Source: the human T2T-CHM13v2.0 reference genome, Homo sapiens. Taken from it: a stretch of 64,000 nt of DNA. Below are positions 59,216 to 64,000 of this stretch, piece after piece; within the stretch, counting starts at the first letter, position 1; the number at the start of each line of letters is the position of its first letter. Both the position numbers and the translations under genes were made by a program. The stretch lies in assembly GCF_009914755.1 (NCBI RefSeq), contig NC_060934.1; one strand, written 5' to 3'. The notes under the pieces were generated by a model. That model worked only from the letters and a program-made list of their open reading frames with translations, was not told where the DNA came from and ran no database searches.

Positions 59216-60039
59216 TTCACATTCCACTAGTTCTCAGGGGGCTAGACTGTAATGTGAAGCTATTAAACTGCAAAAGTTACCTTCTTAAAAGTATCATATG
59301 GACTGCCTAAAAACAGCCAGAAAGTTTTACAGGGATATTTTTGATATCCCTCAATATCAAGACTAATGGTAAATCTAAAAATCTAAAAAGCAGTTCCAAC
59401 TCTCAATACTAACTGTTTTTGTGCAAATATTTTTTCTCTGGTCTTTTTCTCTCTCTAAACCCCAGAATACATTTGGAAACGTGTGTGCAATTGATCAATG
59501 CCTCGGCCATTTTGAAAAATAAATGTTCAAACTGGATAACAGTTCATCATACATAATCTATAAAATGTGGGTTATTTATCCATAATCATAAACATTTAGT
59601 TTCAAAAATCCATCTTTCTACACTGTAACTGAACATAATTTTAGAAAGCTTTGGTCACTACTTGGTTTTTACTTTACTATCACTGTTTGTCCATCAGTAT
59701 GAAAGTCATTTCCCCTTAAATAATAGCCAAACTCTTTAATCCTAATCCTGAACTCACTCACTCACTCACTCAATCCTTTGTTCATTTAAACATTTACAAT
59801 GGTGGGGTTGCAGAGATAATGGGATCAGCAGGCTCCCTGCCCTCTCAATCTCTGACCACAGCCAGTAACAGTCCCTGTTACTCAGGTCTGGAATCTCAAA
59901 AGGCATCAGTGGCATTAGACTTCCATCTCTCCCCATGGCACTGCCAAGGGGGGCAAGGTGGGGAAGGAAGTGGCCACAGTCACCATTAGGTACCCCCATC
60001 CCTACAGCCGCAAACCACACCAAATAAACGCACAGTCTC

Positions 60040-60042
<3 letters not shown>

Positions 60043-60088
<46 letters not shown>
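60043..60088 (+). repeat. Uninterrupted A46 tract not attached to a recognisable retroelement
   Basis: Direct reading; AATAAA at 60023-60028. Confidence 0.95.
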
Positions 60089-60089
<1 letters not shown>

Positions 60090-60764
60090 AGAACTCCTGA
60101 AGAATTTAGGATTCGGATTAGTAGCCAACCCTGCAATGCACTATGGATTAAAGTGTTCAACCAGTTCCTAACAAAGTATCATTACACAGAAAAGCAAATT
60201 TCTAATATAATTGGGTACTTTCTATGATCAGATCTACTTTTTAAAATGTTTTTGAAATGTGAATAATATATTATTTCATTGGTTTTATAATAGCTTCAGT
60301 GGTAATGTTCTGATCAGTAGTATAGCAATAACTGAAAACATTAGATGCTTGAGATAGGATCCTATACAGAATTTGAATTTAAAAATCAGTAAGCTCAGAA
60401 AACATGAGGACATTTATTCAATACCAGTTAAGATGGGTACAGCCAACAAAACAGAGTGCTGCTAAAATAATAAACTGGCTAAAATCATTGACCTCCAAAT
60501 GAAAAGTTTACTACATAACTTAATTAAAAGTATTAAAAACATTCAGGAATGATGAAAATCAAATGGAGCCAAAAAATAAATTAAATACAATAAAAGGCTA
60601 TTTATCAGAAATCACAATTTTTAAAAGTCCAAATATAAAAATTTCACCTAATGAAGAGATCCTGGAGAATTTTAAACCTAAAATGTCATATCACTGATAC
60701 GATACGGTATGGAAATCACAGAAATGTCATAATAATGACAATGCTGAGATAGCTAATAAGAAAC

Positions 60765-61000
60765 ATCTCAGGCTTTGGAGTCGGAAAGTCCTGAGGCCAA
60801 ATATTAGCAAGGACCCTGAGTAGCCGTGTGGCCTCAGGCAGTTTACATGACTTCTCTGAGCCACAGCTCCCTCATCTACAAAATGAGAACAATCATGCTA
60901 ACCTAAGAAAGGTATGGGGAAGATTAAATGAGATACTCTACAAAAAGCCTTAGCAAACAACTGGCTCATCGTTAACTCCCAGTAAATAATGTCTGTTATT
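60765..61000 (+). mobile_element. MIR
   Basis: GGCTTTGGAGTC...CTCTGAGCCACAGCTCCCTCATCTACAAAATGAG...GATTAAATGAGA. Confidence 0.75.
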
Positions 61001-61888
61001 GTTTCCAATAACTCATTCATTCATCTAGAATCTATGGGGAATCCAAAGATAAGGTCTCCACTCTTGCCAGGGCTCTCAACAATAGGCATTTAGAAACCAT
61101 GGCTCCTGGCTGCTTCAAGAAATGTGCAGATAAAAGAAGGCAGGGGAAATGGTAGAACCATAAAAATGCTACGTCTACATCTCATACTTAACATCAGAAT
61201 TAAGACATATATAACCAAGCAGATGGCCAGGAAGAATAGAAATTCCAATAATGCACACAGCAATAATACTATCCAATCTGCATATTACATTAAAAATCCA
61301 ACTGGCATTGCTTTGAACACTCTGCAACATGTCAACTCTGACACCCCCTAAAAGTCACAATCTGAATTCACAACTAGCCCCAATGAAGTCCCTTAATTCG
61401 ATCACTTTGTTTGTCTATGGACTAACTTCTGTCAGTCTGATATACGGATCATGAGGACTGTGAGATGACAAGGATGGAAGGTCACACCGCAGCAAGTTCT
61501 GGGGGCCGCCAACAAAACAGGATCCGCCATCTGGAACAAGTGAAGATATGCTGGGTGTTCAGGGTTAGGCAAGGCCTGGAGTCAGAGCCAGTAAAGAAGT
61601 CCAAGCAAACAATAATTCATTCCCTTTCCCAGACTTATGTTTGAATTATTTATTTTTATCTGCGGCACCAAAAATTTCCAAATCCTTGGCTTTTACCATA
61701 CAAAAACTGTACAGAAACCCAGAGGTGTGTGGGGGGAAAAAAAAAAAAAAAGGCTGTCAGGGAAGAAAGGCGTACTCTCTGAGTAAGACTCTGGTTTATT
61801 CCAACAATCATTTATTGATTGCCCAATTATGTGTGAGAAGACCTGCAGTGATGCTATATTCTCCCAGCCCCACAAGAAATACAAGCCA

Positions 61889-62194
61889 GGCTGGATGCAG
61901 TGGCTCACGCCTGTAATCTCAGCACTTTGGGAGGGTAAGGTGGGAGGGTTGCTTGACCCCAGGAGTTCAAGACAAGTCTGGGCAATATGGCAAGACCCCA
62001 TCCCTACTAAAAATTTAAAAATATTAGCCAGGCATAGTGATGCATGCCTGTAGTCCCAGCTACTCAGGAGGCTGAGGTAGGAAGATCACTTGAGCCCAGG
62101 AGGTTGAGGCTGCAGTGAGCTGTGATTGCATCAATGCACTCCAGCATGGGCAACAGAGTGAGACCCTGTCTCACCTCACAAAAGAAAAAAGAAA
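61889..62194 (+). mobile_element. AluJ
   Basis: TSD AAGAAATACAA(G/A)CCA at 61874-61888 and 62195-62209. Confidence 0.92.
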
Positions 62195-62727
62195 AAGAAA
62201 TACAAACCAAACTGATTCTATATCCAGGATCTATATACCCAGGGTTGTAAAAGCCAAAGCATTTTCCCTACACTCACTGGGACCTATCTAAGGCAATGAG
62301 GTCTGATGGCTCCATGTTCTCTTACAACCCCCGCTTTAACTGCCGTGGAGGCTGTGAAGCCTGTCGTATTTCTTCAAACATAAACATGAACGCTGCTCCT
62401 TTAATGTCTTTCTTCTCCCATAATAATCTATACTCTAATTCAAAGAAATGCAATTTCATCGTTGGTTCCCCATGCTGATGTTTGAGAAAAGATCATGTGA
62501 TGCAAACCGTAATGACTAAGGAATATAATCAAGACGACGCCAGTAAGTGATTTCCAGCAATGTAGCCATTTACTACAAAGCACTTCCTCCTCTGATGGAA
62601 GGTTTTAAAAAATTAAGCTTTCACTGCTGCCACGAACTATTGTAGTTTGGAAGGCGGCCCGTGGCAGTGTCACCATCTTCGGTGAATCTAGTGAAGAGCT
62701 TTGGCCACTAGGGCAAGGAAAAAGCCA

Positions 62728-62820
62728 GGCAGAGGGGGGCAGAGAGGGGGCAGAGGGGGATAGAGGGGGAATAGAGGGGGTATAGAGGGGGCATGGGGGG
62801 CCAGAGGGGGGCAGAGGGAG
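62728..62820 (+). repeat. G-rich minisatellite (about AGAGGGGG(G)C units), G-quadruplex motif
   Basis: Eight G5-G6 tracts separated by 3-6-nt loops. Confidence 0.9.
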
Positions 62821-64000
62821 CTGCAGCTACCACAACAGATTATTGCCCTGCCCTCAAGGGGCCATATGGCCCCAGCATGGCCCCAGGAAATAGCTACAGA
62901 GAGGCCCTGAGTGCTAGCTGGATGGGGTGGTTTATTGTGTCCCATGCTGCACTATGGTAGGGGGGATTCTGGTCCCCCCATTAGTCCCCTGTCAAAAGTG
63001 ACTTTTCCTGGCCAAACAAATTTATCCCTCCCCATCTACACAGGGTTGCAGAATGTTGACCTTCTGCAAAGAACAGAGGTCTCTAAAGAGAGAGAAGCCA
63101 CCCATTCCCAGGTAAATGAGTCAAGCAGGAGACCAGCCTTTGCAAAGGAAGGAGCAAAACATTTGTAGAAAAATAAAATCAAGTGGGTAAGAATTTGTTT
63201 AAATTGAAACTCTGAACATTTTGAGATAGAAGGTTAAATACTTACTGCAAACAGAAATAAGGCTCCCAAAACGAGAAAGCAACACCCCAAAATGACAAAG
63301 TGAGCAAAAGACTGCAATGGAGCAGATGACATCAGGTAAGATGTCTCTTGTCTTTCTGGATGCTCTGCTGTTTTTGCAGTCTAAGATATGGAAGAAAGCT
63401 GATTCACTGGAGAGAAATCAAGTGCATTGAAGGGAGAGAAAAAAGGTAGGATGGCCAGGAAGGGCCACATTGGGATTTAAGGGCAGAGAAAAAGGGAAGA
63501 AGCCCAGATAGAGCTGGAGAGCTGGTCTCCTGCAGACAAAGCCAGCACAGGAGGGTCCTGACTTCCTGGTCAGGAATTCGCTCCTGCACACCCAATCATC
63601 TGCAGTTCCCTCAGGAAACCAATGCAGGTCCCCATGAGCTTGTATAGATCCTCCCTTCTCCACAGAAAGCAGCAGGTAAGATGTCAGAGGGATGGAGGTG
63701 GTCAGGAAAATGCTAGTCTAACCCCAGGCCTAGACTCTATTGCCTGCTTCCCCAGGTCCAGCCAGCCGACAGACCGCCAGAGACAAAAAGCTAACAGCAC
63801 CTGGTTGTCACATTCCAGGTGAAAACAGGTACCTAGTGCTAGAGGAAAATCGGCAAGTAAAGAGAATGTCTTGTCCCACAGACATTCCCTGGGACAAGCT
63901 GGGAGCCACGTAGCAGCTGGGAATCAGAGAATCCAGGGAGGTGGAACACAGCCAGAGTTCTTCCTATCAGAAAGATTTTTCCAACTTGTAAGGTGGACAT

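Noticed and set aside
62323-62478. Short ORFs on both strands in unique sequence
   Set aside because: No splice sites and no recognisable protein similarity.

Overview
Primate (very likely human/great-ape) nuclear DNA, AT-rich and dense in transposable elements. It reads as intronic sequence of a large gene transcribed on the minus strand, based on A-run bias on +, the longest L1 copies lying on +, and one well-formed minus-strand exon. I cannot name the gene. The window opens with a full-length (~6.15 kb), retrotransposition-dead L1PA4-like LINE-1 with a perfect 16-bp target-site duplication (TSD). The rest holds about 21 Alu/FLAM copies, several truncated L1s, MaLR/ERV solo LTRs (MLT1, MSTB, MER61A), DNA transposons (MER30, MER1A, Charlie4-like, Tigger2a), MIR/L2 relics and microsatellites. 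The only convincing host exon is an 85-nt minus-strand exon (20308-20392) ending in ATG|GTGAGT, with a 20-codon uORF that stops 1 nt before that ATG. The best lead is a hypothesis: the L1 antisense ORF0 is open for 158 codons and has a GTGAG donor exactly after codon 85 (phase 0), the same phase as the ATG|GT exon, so the L1 antisense promoter could supply an alternative in-frame N-terminus to the host protein. Other oddities are a complex templated insertion at 29.5 kb, a twin-primed L1 with a ~1.7-kb gap, an L1PA2 nested in an AluY tail, an orphan AATAAA-A46 tract and a G-quadruplex-type minisatellite. I see no CRISPR arrays, tRNA/rRNA genes or prokaryotic features. Subfamily names come from recalled consensus sequences, not a database search.
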